Assembly: GCA_964016885.1 (NCBI GenBank)
Contig: OZ024750.1
Location: forward strand, 3,720,001-3,784,000
DNA: 64,000 bases
Direction: 5' to 3'
From: Eledone cirrhosa
Lineage: Eukaryota
Shown here: one piece after another, positions 25,996 through 39,740 of the stretch
How the letters are laid out: each line of letters starts with the position of its first letter
Numbering within the stretch: position 1 is the first letter of the stretch
Made by a program: the position numbers and the translations under genes
Notes under the pieces: model-generated
What the model was told of the DNA's origin: nothing
Database searches by the model: none
The model's input: the letters and a program-made list of their open reading frames with translations, nothing else

Positions 25996-26459
25996 TGAAG
26001 TTTAATAATCATTTTCAAGTATTTTCAGTTCGATGCTATTTGTTGCTTATATACAGTATTTAGTTGACCTCATAGCAACATTCTGTGCTGTTTAGCTTAC
26101 TGGGAAAACTATTCAATTAATGATATCCTGTTGATGACAAACACGTTTTGCTTGCTTTATGGACTGGTTTGTCTATTTCCAGATTTCAAAAGTAAAACTA
26201 ATTCTAAGCATGAACACTTCATAGGTAAGCCAAGGACAAAATTTAAACCTTTCAGTTTTTGATATCTTCTGAAACTAGGTTCCTTCATCATTCAACTAAA
26301 GTTGATAGCAAATATTTGATAGAATATTTCGTTAAAGCCGTATCTCCCCACACCACAGAAAATGATAAGAAAATAAATCATCATCATCATCTTCGTTTAA
26401 TGTCCATCTTCCATGCTAGCATGGGTTAGACGGTCATTAATTCCTAAAAGGAGAGGACA

Positions 26460-27210
26460 CTTCTACTTCTACTACAACCACCACCACCACTGCTACTAAA
26501 ATTACTATTACTACTACTACTACTACAACCACCACCAACACCACCACCACCACTAACAGCCCTCCACTACCACCACCACCACCACCACCCACACCATCAC
26601 CACCACCTCCAACAACAACAACAACAACAACACCCCCTCCACCACCACCTACCTCTGAGAATATTAACCCCCAACGGCACTATTCAATTTCTTTTTAACA
26701 AAATTTAAAATTCAATAAAGATGAAAGTATACCTTTGCCGTGTCAATATTTAAACACAAAATTTAAAATACCTAATAAAAAAAACCCATCTAAAACCATT
26801 CTGTTAACTTCATTTTAATCTTTACAAGAATTGAATCTTAAATTCCTCTTAAGAACGATTGAAATTCTTCATATTTATAGTGCAGTCATGCAGATTGTAT
26901 TTTTTATTCAGCTTCAAAATCTAAAGATCTATACATTATTTTGTCTTTTGCCTTGTTTAGCAGTGCGAACAGATGTTAAATAATGATGATGATGGTGGTG
27001 GTGGTAGTGGTGGCGGTGGTGTTGATTGGGGTGGTGTTGGTGGTTGTGGTGGTGGTGGTTGTGATTGTGATGGTGGTGGTAGGGGTTGATGATGGTGGTG
27101 GTAGGGGTAGTGATGGTGAGGATGATGATGGTGGTGGTGAATATGGAGATGGTGATGGTGGTAGTAGTAGTAGTAGTAGTAGTAGAAGTGGTGGTGGTGG
27201 TGGTGGTAGT
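26460..27210. repeat. (ACC/ACT/AAC)n tract and opposite-sense (GGT/AGT/GAT)n tract
   Basis: 26460-26650 and 26983-27210 are low-complexity trinucleotide runs. Confidence 0.9.
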
Positions 27211-30200
27211 ATACTCTCATACAACTGTTTATTGCTTGTGCACAACTGTTTATTGCTTGTGCACAACTGTTTATTGCTTGTGTTATGAGAAAAACTTTTC
27301 AAGTTATTTCTTCAGTATTTAAAAAAAATATATATATAAAATAATATAAAGTTCTTTATTAGGATGACACTTATGCAATTTTCTACTTTCCTGGCTTCAC
27401 AATTCTGTTTATTTCTCTGCAGCTGTTGTTTACTTTGATAGCAGGTTCATTATCTGTAAATCATAAACTAGTTATTTATATCTATTTCTTAAGTGTTTAT
27501 CTCAGCCATTGCCATATTTCTAATGAAAGGCACTGCCTATAATTTTGAATTTGGAGAGAATTAGTAATGTTTCTCACAATCGGCGACGACATTGAGGGTG
27601 CTAATGAAATGTGTTAGAAAAACTTAACACAGCCCCTGATGTATAATATGCCTAAAACTGAAGGCGAAAAATTAGTCAGAATATGAACTTTACAGCAAGC
27701 TCCAAAAATTTCTGGGCTATTTGGGCTCAAGACAGACTTTAATGCTGTGATTGACAGGTGTCCTGTCCCCGGGGGAAGTCTTGTACTCTCAGCTGCTTCA
27801 TGCCATAGAAACCAGGATAAACACGTTGTTATCAACTTGTGGCCCGGGAAATAATAATTTAAACGTGCTTTTGTATCATAATAATTTGTCTGGTGGATTT
27901 CAAAAATAAGTAACTTTGCAACATTGAATGCATTATCATAGAGTTTTCAATGAGCCTCCAGCCATTAGACTCTAGACATTTTAGACTCTCTTTAGCAAAG
28001 TATTGTACCAATATATGATATCTATTTACAATTAAGATAATAGATTCAGTATTTTTGCCCTAAACACAATACAGATAAAGTCATATCTTAGGTGGTATCA
28101 ATTTCTATATCAGCTGATTTTATAATAATAATATAAAAGAAATTCAAAACAACTATCAAAGAAGACATCAATTTTCTTTAATTCTGTTTAGAATGGTTTA
28201 TAGCTTCTAGGATTACAAAAATCCAATAAAATACATTTATCTTATGTCACAGCCAAAATTTAACCACTTTTTTTTAATAACTCTCCAATCACACATAACA
28301 TTTGGATATCGTTGAGGTTACCTACACTTTAAACTTTTTATAACTTGATCAATATTTTTATTAATGGCAGTTCCTTAACTAACTTCCATTATCATTTCTT
28401 TTGTGTTTTTTTCTAAAGCCTCAAATAAAGGGGTAAAGGGTAAAGACTCCCTTCAGTCACAAATGATCATGAGATTAGCACCTAAAAAGTTTCCCTTCTG
28501 AGGCACTATGTTTTTTATGGAAGACCAGCAGTCACCCATGCATACCAGCTACTTCTCTCCGTGCCACTGGTGTTGTCCAAGGAAAAAGCAATGGCTGATA
28601 CAACTTGGCACCAGTGACATTGCAACTCATTTCTACAGAGAGTAAACTGAAGTAATATGAAATAAAGTGTCTTGCTCAAGAACACAACACATTGCCCAGT
28701 CCAGGAATCGAACTCACAACCTCATGAGGTGAGGATTGAATTCAAAACAATGCAGTTATTGATAAGAAGAGTTGAAATTAATGCATGTAAGATTTCACAG
28801 CTCTAGCATCATTCTTTCATAGTCATCCCATGAACCTTTCAGCCCAGCCTCGTATATACATAGATGCTAAGGTATTATTTGAGGAATATTGATGACATAT
28901 TAAATTGTGAGAGTATAAACAAAGAACAAAACAGTTTTAACTGATTGCCTTGATTCAGGCTTTAACTAATAGATCATAAACATACACACAATTGTTTTTT
29001 TCATAGTCATTCTCTTGTATAAGATAATATACTGTAGTTAACACTACCTGTCTTTTATATTTATTCATTGTAGAGTGGATCAATAGTCACTACTAGACAG
29101 CAACACTTAGAGATACTTCCTTTGTTGTTTTATTTGAACTTTTCATAGCATGACTTCTTTTGTAATATTCTTCTTTTGTATATTCTCAACAGTATATTCT
29201 CAACTGACAGAGAACTCAGAAGATTCTGATTCTAGAAAATACATTGTAAATTACACTACTAATGCCATATGAAAAACATGTTTTGAGAATATAATGTAAA
29301 CATCTCTTGTTTGGTCATGGTTTTGTGTGTGGTGTGAAGTCAATTAAATATAAATCTTCTACTGAATATGCTCCCAGTGTAGTTCAGATAACATTCACCG
29401 ATGATCTGATCTCTGCTTAGAAAAAGTGCCATGAAATGAAAAAGATAAATTAAAACATTCTGAATGAAACCCAATAAAATTGAATAGGGATTTGAATTTA
29501 TTGTGAACCCTATCCCATCAGCCATTTTGCTTGTACTTTAGAAATATAACATTTTTGTATATTGACCTACTTCATTGGAATTAATTATATTGAGCCAAGA
29601 TTCAATGTTAATTAGGTAGATATATTGAGTTATAGAGAGCTTTCTAGAGTTTTTTATTGGGGAGGGGGCAGTAACTATTGTGGTATCAGTAGACCAAGAT
29701 GGAGTCTATTTAATAACACATGAATGGGTTGCCTGCTGTAACATATTATTGATGAATCTTTGTCAACTATCCAGATGACATTCAAACATTACTGCAACAG
29801 CTATTGTTTTGTTGTCCTGAGAAGGGTCTATTAACCATTTAGTATTTAAATCGGCCATATCCAGCCAGAATTCTCTCATCTCTTTTTGTTTAAATTGGCC
29901 ACTCATACTAATGTTAAGGTATTGTTCTCAAAATAAATATCAAAATCTCATATATTCGATATTATGTGAGATAAAGCCTTTACTGCGAAAATACAATAGT
30001 AGATATAGAGTAATGTAAATGCTAAAGGGTTAAAGTGGGGGGTTCAACTTGGACTTCAGTCACAAAACCAGAGAACCAAAGAAGGGCTTGTGAATATACT
30101 AAATCTTTCCTTTCCATTATATAGGCTCTGACACAGGTGTCACCCCACATCAATATAATTTCTGTAATATCATTTGGTTGAGTCAGAACCAGTAAAGCCA

Positions 30201-30388
30201 GTAAGAGTTAAATGTTAAAGGAAATAAATTGAAATAATAATGACATTTCCATTTTTTTTTAATTTGATAATAGAAATATTTCAAAGGTCAAATGATAATG
30301 AAAGATTTTTTTGTTGAAAATCAGTGTAGTAGTAGCAGCAGCAGCAGCAGCAGCAGTATTAGAGTAAAGACTAGACTTCAATCAATGT

Positions 30389-30617
30389 TTAACCCTTTAG
30401 CATTTAAACTGGCCATATCTGGCCAGAATTCTCTTGCCTCTTTCTGTTCAAACTGGTTGTAACTGGCCACTCATACTGATGTTAAGGAATTGTTCTCAAA
30501 ATAAATAATATCAAAATCTCATAGCTTCAATATTATGTGAGTTAATTATGTGAGGTAAAGTTTTTACCATGAAAATATAATAGTACATATAGAGTAATGT
30601 AAATGCTAAAGGATTAA
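30389..30617. mobile_element. piggyBac-type MITE (TTAA-flanked, CCCTTTAGCATT TIR); copies at 12317-12510, 29831-30033, 31071-31299, 37523-37739, 60036-60254, partial 33473-33529
   Basis: TTAA|CCCTTTAGCATTTA ... TAAATGCTAAAGGG|TTAA ends with a shared ~220-bp interior. Confidence 0.8.
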
Positions 30618-31944
30618 TGTGATGCAGTTGTAGGGCTGTCTTATACTTTTCAAGAATATCTTGCTAATGTGGCTTCATGTGGTTTGTTAATTCAAATGTT
30701 TATAGTATCTTTACTAGTGGACAGATCATTGTAAAAACTTGCAGTATTAAAGTAATGATTTTGATTTTTTAATGTGATGCAGACGCAAAGTGCTGTTTTG
30801 TACATTTCAAAGAGAGCCCTACTAATGTGGTTTCATGTGGTACAGGATGTTAAGGCTTAAGTCGAAATCTAGAATATTTGTGCATTAGATATGAGTCGTA
30901 AAGTACTCCTGTAAATGTCTTTCTTGAGCTTTGTAAAGATTAAGTAACTGATCATAGCTGAAGTATTTCTTGGTTTTAAAAAGAAAAGGTAATAGATAAA
31001 CTTTTAGAGTAACTACAAGTCATTATTGCTGAAAACCAGGTGCAAGAGTGATAAGAACTCTGGGAACATGTTAACCCTTTAGCATTCACATTACTCTGTA
31101 CTTACTATTGTATTTTCACAGAAAAGACTTTACCTCACATAATTATCTAACATAATATTGAATCTATGAGATTTTGATATTATTTATTTTGAGAACAATA
31201 CCTTAACGTTGGTATGAGCGGCCAGTTATGAACTGTTTGAATAGAAAGAGGTGAGAGAATTCTGGCCGGATATGGCCGGTTTAAATACTAAAGGGTTAAA
31301 CTTGGTTTTATTCAACATGAAAGCTGGACACACTCTACATCTGGTCTCCCACAATGCTATGGCCACAACAAAAAAACGCACAAAGTACACCTTGTATGCT
31401 GAACAAATGCGCCCAGTCCATCCTGTAAGGCGGTTGTGTTTGCGACACAACAAAAAGCACCCAGTCAACCATGAAAGATGGTTGAGCTAGTGACACGACA
31501 AAAAACGCCCTGTACACCCTGCAAGAAGGTCGTATTGGTGCCACTACAAAAGGCACCTAGTCTACATTGTAACGTAGTTGGCGTTAGAAAGGGCAACCAA
31601 GCCAAAATACAGTTCCATATGAACATATGACGTGGTTTCTCGATCTGATTTGTCTCATAACATGACAACCCGTCTAACTGGTGCAGGAGTGGAAAAATAG
31701 AGGTTAAATGATGATGATGACTCATTTCGCATGTGTGTGTTTGTGTGTAAATATCCCATAAGTAAGACTTTATTTAAACATCAATTTAATAATGAAAGCT
31801 GTCTAATTTAAGAGACACCTGGTATATTGATTAGAAAATGTAATCAGCGCTTTATGGGACGCCCTCTTGCGGATGTTGAATATGAAGGGTGTGAAAACAA
31901 GGGGAAGTAAGTAGTGTTGCCGGCGATCAGTGAGTCGCTCGACA

Positions 31945-32043
31945 ATGAGCAGCGCGTATGTTAAGGAGAATTTTGCTGTTGACATAAACTATGATAGTTC
32001 ATATGACAATAACAAAGCGAGACGAAAACAGTCTCTATGGAGG
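31945..32043 (+). CDS. MAN1B1: MAN1B1 exon 1 (cytosolic tail)
   Basis: [33 protein letters not shown], then gtaagt; CpG-richer upstream region. Confidence 0.85.
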
Positions 32044-32610
32044 GTAAGTTATATTAATTAAAGAATATTCTAAATCGTATTGTTATATATTTAAATACCC
32101 ATCTACACCAGCCTATGCTTTATCAAGTCTCTACATAAATTTTCCCGATACCACGTTCTGCATATCTATCGCGAGCTTCTGTGCCGCATCGAACTGCTAA
32201 TTACCAAGTCAAATTTGATTCTATTTAACAATAAAATATACCCCTTAAAATACCTTTAAACACCTTTTTCACCATCTTATATTATGTACTTATCTTATTC
32301 ATTATACATCTTCCTGTCTCGAAGATATTCCGCCACTGTCATAGTCACCGCTGAGAAATTGTAATATTTTTGTAAACAATTCCACAACGGGAATGACATA
32401 ACTCCACACACGATCACCTCCTCATATGTTTAATTTATTCCATTGATCTTTCTCATCGATATGTATTGTTGCTTTATATTTATTATTTTCACTAGTCTCT
32501 TCTTTGATTTGCATAGATTTTTATATAAAATTATGTGAAAGAATCTAATCGCGAAATTCAACGGCTTAATTAATTGATTGATGTGAGAATCGCCTGGTAG
32601 TATATTTATT

Positions 32611-32659
<49 letters not shown>

Positions 32660-35600
32660 TTATACACATTAAATAATTTTCTAAAAGTAACATTAAGTTT
32701 TATAAAATTCGCTTTTTTATATAAATATATTAACTGTGTGAATCTTTGGCATTTATGAAATTTAAAACTGTAGCTGATTATATATTTGTAAATGTTGATC
32801 TGTTTATATTTCCATCTGTGGAACCTATTCGGCCAGGTTTCATTCATATCCCTTGTAATACAAAATAAATACATTGTTGATAAAAACCAACAAAGTTAAA
32901 TCTTTCCTAATCTTTTTTTCTTCGATAATCCATAAAATCACTAAATCTTCTTTCATTTTCAACGAAGTTTATTTTTTATTAATTTTACATTATCTCAGCC
33001 TGCAAATAATATACCATACAGGTATTAATTTGTTTTAAATTGTGTTTACTAATAGCATTTTTCGAGTAAACTGTTAGAGCATAAGAGAAAGTTCCTTTTT
33101 TACGATTATATCATATAAACAAAGATATTGAAGTAGAATCTAATGTGGATTCTTTCCCTCTGTGCTGCTATCTTCATTGACACCCCAAATTTCTTCACCA
33201 GAAAACGATTGCTGCTGCTACAATTGTTTGTTTTCCTCTTAAAACTATTATCAAACCAATCCTACATTGTTGNNNNNNNNNNNNNNNNNNNNNNNNNNNN
33301 NNNNNNNNNNNNNNNNNNNNNNNNNNNNNNNNNNNNNNNNNNNNNNNNNNNNNNNNNNNNNNNNNNNNNNNNNNNNNNNNNNNNNNNNNNNNNNNNNNNN
33401 NNNNNNNNNNNNNNNNNNNNNNNNNNNNNNNNNNNNNNNNNNNNNNNNNNNNNNNNNNNNNNNNNNNNNNNNAGAAAGAGATAAGAGAATTCTGGCCGGA
33501 TATGGCCAATTTAAATGCTAAAGGGTTAAGAAATAAAACAAAAGTCGAAGATATGTTCTTAATAAATTCACTGTTTTACGATCGTTTCAGAGGGTTGATT
33601 GATCATGGTAGCTCGATATATTAACTAACAGGTAGTTGTTATGTCACTACCTATTTCTAGTCTCGAAATTACTGATTCATCACATCGTCTTCCTCAGAAA
33701 CAATCAATATTTTTAAATGATGATGATTGTGATGATGATGAATACACTAGCAGTAATAGATTTCATTTGTTTTAAGTAACTGATAGATTATTTCCCTGCA
33801 GCAAGAGTTCAAAAGATTCTGTAGCTGACAATCTACCTGTTTCCCAATAGCACTATATGTAATGACCTGACTTTTATTAGAAATTGCCTAAAAACAAAGA
33901 ACTTCAAGAAAAGAAAATAGACTGAGTTTGTTTGTTAGAAATGTGGTATATGCAAATCCAAAGAGAAATACAATAGATTTAACTATTTCAGACTTGTCAA
34001 ATCTCCCCATCCGATGAGAGGGGGGGGGGGGGGTCTTCTCTTGTGAAAATGGGTATAGTTTTCATTATGTAAAATCTCCCCATTTTGTCTCAATATCTCC
34101 CTGTTTTGGGGCACTTCTTTTCATGGTACCATCCGTTTGGGTATATAGAGGTTGACAGGTCTGCTGTTTTGATTAAAATATGTGATAAGAACAAGATTTG
34201 TTTAGTTGTGTTTCGTATATTGCAAGCTGTTGGTAGATGATAATGAGAGTTAGTAAGAATGAACAGGTGTAACAAATTTTAACTTTATGGATTAAATGTC
34301 ACAATATAAGACGTTTTGTGGCCTAAGGTAAATCAATATCATTGTAGATCAGGTGTTAAATTGATAGAAAGTTTAAGCCACAACTGTAATTTATTTCTTA
34401 TTTTTTCTGTTTCATTTCTTCTTCTTCTTCTTCTTTGTCCTTTTATTTTTATTTTCCTTCTTTTTTGTCTTCTTCTTCTTCTTCTTCTTCTTCTTCTTCT
34501 TCTTCTTCTTCTTCTTCTTCTTCTTCTTCTTCTTCTTCTTCTTCTTCTTCTTCTTCTTCTCTAACCATGTATAAATTTAAAATATAAAAAAGGTACATAA
34601 AGGAAAAAAAAAAGGTATGGTACACTATTTACGAAGAAGAGAATAGAAAGTTCTTAGGAATGGAATGAAGTGGTTTATTATTGAGAATGTACTAATCAAA
34701 CTAGTGAGGCTACCGAGAAGGATTATAGTAAAAAAACAAAAAAAACTATCACCCTTTTCGTGACAGCTTTATTTTGAAAAACCATTGTTCTTTTACCTCA
34801 AAATGTTTTATAATAGCTTTATTTATAAATTCATGCCATTTATTTTATAAAATGATATTCAAGTTTATTTCTCTCAGTATGACATTGTACTTAGACTGAA
34901 TGCAGGTAATTTCACACTGTTCCATGTGTTGTATGGAGCTAGACATAGATGAATGACTCATAAGAACAGTTTAAGCCATATATATATAAAAGAAGTACAC
35001 TAAACGAGGTCAAGATTGACTATGAATTCAATGACAAATTTAATGTATAGGTAATAATTGTTTTCTCAGGGATTTTTTTTTTACCCAGTTTTTTTTTTCA
35101 TTATAGTCTTTAATGCAATAAAAATAGATTCAGAACTTAGTGGCCTTGAAAACATATATGCTGATGATTTAGTTTTCATTAGAGGGGGAAAAATATAAGA
35201 TGTGAATGAGAAAATGTTCCTAGTTAAGTAGAGTTTGCTCTGATCGATTGACAAGATGCTTGACTTCATTTGTTTGCTGAGTAGGGTGGACCACTTCAAA
35301 TCGGACCAAGGAAACAATGTTTCCATTGGTCTTTCCATTGCTGATATTATCTACCGGCTGCAACTCCTGGCAGAAGTAGAGTAATTTAAACATAAGGGTT
35401 GATTAAATCAACCCCATTACTTGACAGGTACTTTATTTTTATCCATTCTAGAAGGATGAAAGGCAAAGTTGACCTCTATGGGACTTGAACTTAGAATGTA
35501 AAGAGCCAGAACAAATGCCACATTCACATTTTATCTGACACTCTACCAATTCTGGCAATCTATTACCTTCAAAATACTCAAATATTAACATAGTAACATA

Positions 35601-36423
35601 GTAACAGCGAACAGAAGGCTTCAGTAATCTCTTTAAATTGGCATTGGCCACTATATAAGAACTCAATTCAGTCCAGCTGTGGATACATAAAAGATGAGTA
35701 AACTGACTGATTAACTCGAAAGCATATGTATAATAAGTTGTTATCAGTTATAATAAGTTGTTATCAGTTTTTAATTATATCCATTGAGGGTTAAACTGCC
35801 ATCCAAAACAACTGCAGTTCATATTTTATCACTAGCTTTCTACAGTTATTAGTTGATGTTTAAATGTCTCAGCCTCTCAAACTCTAGGTTATGGTACATG
35901 TTAGAACTCATTGCCAACAGTGGGAGCCCTGTATAATTAATGAGATTTGTGTCTAAATCCTCTCGTTGATGTCACTTGGCTGTCACTACTCTGTATATCC
36001 TAAATAAGAAGACTACAGATGATGTCTCTACACTCCAGTGAGTTATAGGACTTCTATAATAAGATTATATCTTCATGTCTTCCATCATTATTGAACGAAT
36101 GTTCAGTTGTAACATAAATTAACTTGTTCTATATAGATTTTACACTTCTATTGTTGATTTTTGGACTTTGTTACTTCAATGGAGAAGTATTGTATCTTGA
36201 AATTAACTTTCTTTTTAATGATTATTTTCTTGAAACTATGCAATTTTATAATCTTTCATTTAAAAATAAAATTCAGTTTAGCAAGATCTGTCTGTACCAG
36301 CCTGTCCAAAACCACCTTTGTTTCTATGAATTGGGTGCATTTTATCATGGCATCAGCATTATCATTTTGCAGCATGGACTGGGAGATTTTTTGTGGCCCC
36401 AGCACTACATCTTACATAGTGGA

Positions 36424-36471
<48 letters not shown>

Positions 36472-38991
36472 ATGAATTACAATTTCACCTTGGTCAATCA
36501 AGATTAGAGTAAGCAGTTGATGATAAGACCACAATATTCCTGAAACTATAGCCTAGTTAATGTCTCTTTTTTTATTCATGGTGAAATTGTATAAACAAAG
36601 ACAACTGCTTACGACTGTCCAGTGAATTTAATCAATTTTAATTTGTGTACACATTCAATAACAGCTTAAATCTAGATGTTTATTCTGTAGTGAATCATAT
36701 ATTGATTTCTAAATCAGTCATAATAGTTTCAATTCTAAAAGGTGGTAATGTTCATGTATAAAGAAGCTGTTACTAGGAGATATAATTTTAACAGAAAAAT
36801 TAGATTGAATTAAATATCTTTAGTAAGTTTCCCATTTTTATGATAGAAAGTAACTGTGACAGGTGCATGTGTAACTTAACCCTTTTCATTACTCTATTTC
36901 TAATGAAAGACCGTTACCTATGTTAGTCAAATAATTTTGGAAAGATTTTCTAATATAACTAACTTTCCAGTTAAACTGGTGTTTGGAAGATAACTTAAAA
37001 AAGATTCTTATAATTATAATGATTTCTACTACAAACACAAAGCCAGCAATTTGTGGGGAGGGGAAAGTTGATTAAAGTGACCCCAGTGCATTACTGGTAG
37101 TTTATTTTATCGACCCTGTAAGGATGAAAAACAAAGCTAACCTTGGTGGAATTTGAACTCAGAACATACAGGGACGTAACTCTATGCTGCAAAACATGGC
37201 ATCCAATGCTATACCGATGCTGCCAAGATTTTTAATAATATAATAAATAAATATAAACAGTTAAAAACAATCAGCTTTATATTATAGAACCAGGGGTGGG
37301 TTTCAGACTGTTCAGTAAGGAAGGGTTGATAGTGTCAGTATTTTTTTTGGAGTGAATTCCTGACTCTGGAAAAGAAGAAACATAGCCTTTGTGATGGAAT
37401 CTGTGTAATTGTTATGAAAGGTCACCAAACATTTATGAGTGCTATGGGAGTGATTGTGATGGTTTTTGCTGTGTTGTTGAAATCAAAGGATTTTATGTAT
37501 CTATATTTTACTTTCTTTTAATTTAACTCTTTACCATTCACATTACTCTATATTTGCTATTGTATTTTCACAGTAAAGGTTTTACCTCACATAATATCAA
37601 ATCTATGAGATTTTGATATTATTTATTTTGAGAACATTACCTTAACATTAGTATGAACAGCTGGTTATGGCTGGTTTGAACAGAAAGAAGTGAGAGAATT
37701 CTGGGCATATATGGCCAGTTTAAATGCTAAAGAGTTTAAGGTATGAATGATAACTAAATCATTTTAAAAATAATATTTACTGCCAGCCATATGAAATATG
37801 CAGAGGCGCATGGCCTAGTGGTAAGGATGTTGGACTTATGATCATAATGTTGTGGGTTTGATACCTGGGCTGAGTGGTCTGTAGTGTTCTTGAGTAAAAC
37901 ACTTCACTTCATGTTGCTCCAGTATACTCAGCTGAAAATGAGTACCAGCAGTAGCTGGGGGTTTAACCCTGTGATGGACTGGCATCCTGTCCAGGGGGAA
38001 GTCTTGTACTCTCAGTCACTTCACACCATGAAACCGGGATAAACATCGGCCTAACGAGCCTTAAATGGCTTAAAACAGACTTTAGACTTTAGAATGATTT
38101 ATCTACTCATACAGTTTTATGGACTCTGATATTCTGTCTTAGGATGGGGAAGGGGTAAGGAAGGCCAGATCTGGCTGTATGGGAAAGTAGAGGCTATAAA
38201 ATACTATAAAAGACATACTTTAGACATATGAAATTAAGGCTTCTAGTCAAATATAGATACATTTAGACTATCATATAGTTAACAGATGTGAACAGTAATT
38301 TGAATAGGAGTAAGCTGGGCCTGATAGAGAAACCATTAGATTAATATATTTCAGGATGAAAAAGCAGCCATATAAATGTTGATAATGGAAATAGTTTTCT
38401 CCAAATTCTTTTCTTCATGCTATTAACAGTTTCTCTTGGGATTTCACTGTTTCTATTGAAATTCTCAGTTTCTCAGCTTTATTTTAAATCTGACTTCTTA
38501 AGCCCACTTATTTCCATTATCTACCTTTATAAATCAACTTATGACAGGTTTGAAGAAGATAAATTTGTATTTATTTTGGCAAATATATTTTATTATATTT
38601 TGTTACAACTCTGCTTTCAATCTTTGTCATAAAACAGTTCTTACTGCTGAGAAGTTTTAACCTCTGGTGTTTGATTACTTGAGATTAACTGAGGTCATGT
38701 ATTTTAACTAAAAGTTATATATATATATATTTATATCATCATCATCATCTTTGTTTAACGTCCATCTTCCACGCTAGCATATATATATATATATATATAA
38801 TTATGTAATAAACAACATAAGACAATTATTCCATTTACCAAAGGTTTCATGAAGACAGACGAGCTCAACAGAGACGTCTGAAATCCCTCATCAGAATGAA
38901 ATAATTGTCTTTTGTTGTTTATTACATAATTAAATAGCTCTGTAGCATACATAGAGCACTCTCCTATCCTTTACCCTTCCTACGGAAATAC

Positions 38992-39025
<34 letters not shown>

Positions 39026-39678
39026 GAAGTTCTATTTAAATTGTTGGGATACAACAAGCAAATATTTTTATAACTGATATAAAGCACTCAACAAATTATT
39101 GGAGTAAAAATACGATATATTAACAAATGGAAACTATATTTATAAAACCATATTTATTTCATTATACATATTTCAAGGACACCAAGTTAAATTATGGTGT
39201 GCTTTCATCAGATAAAATATAATATAGATCAGTTTTATAAATTAATATTGACATACCCTTAAAGAATGCGACCATTTCTGTTGGAAGCTCCCAGATAGTG
39301 GGGTTATTAAATTTATTTATTGTATTATGCAAATTAGTGTCGGATATGTTTAAATCACAGTAGATTTAAAATAAGCCGTTGGGGTATGGAGAAAGGGAAA
39401 GAAAAGAAAGAGAAAAAAGAGAAAAACGGCTTATTTTAAATCTACTGTGATTTAAACATATCCGACACTAATTTGCATAATAGAATAAATAAATTTAATA
39501 ACCCCACTATCCGGGAGCTTCCAACAGAAATGGTCGCATTCTTTAAGGGTATGTCAATATTTATTTATGAAAACGGATCTATATTATATTTTATCTGATG
39601 AAAGCACACCATAATTTAACTTGGTGTCCTTGAAATATGTATAATGAAATAAATATAGTTTCCATTTGTTAATATATC

Positions 39679-39740
<62 letters not shown>

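Larger units (their letters stand above)
39111..39681. repeat. Long inverted repeat (~260-270 bp arms, 44-bp purine-rich spacer) of a hammerhead-bearing element
   Basis: 39111-39380 is the near-perfect reverse complement of 39425-39681 (one small indel); flanked by (TA)n. Confidence 0.92.

Noticed and set aside
26957-27322. His/Pro/Val/Gly-rich ORFs, also the poly-Leu ORF at 34316 and YI-repeat ORFs at 48817-49276
   Set aside because: Translations of microsatellites, with no splice or homology support.
30690-30745. bantam-like miRNA (acagatcattgtaaaaact) in a weak hairpin
   Set aside because: The seed differs (CAGAUCA versus GAGAUCA) and the stem is short, AT-rich and mismatched.
33143-33521. 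ORFs spanning the N run
   Set aside because: Artefact of the assembly gap.
37803-37875. tRNA gene (also 10575, 46550, 47207, 55235)
   Set aside because: A and B boxes run into the shared SINE body and the cloverleaf is degenerate; these are SINE heads.
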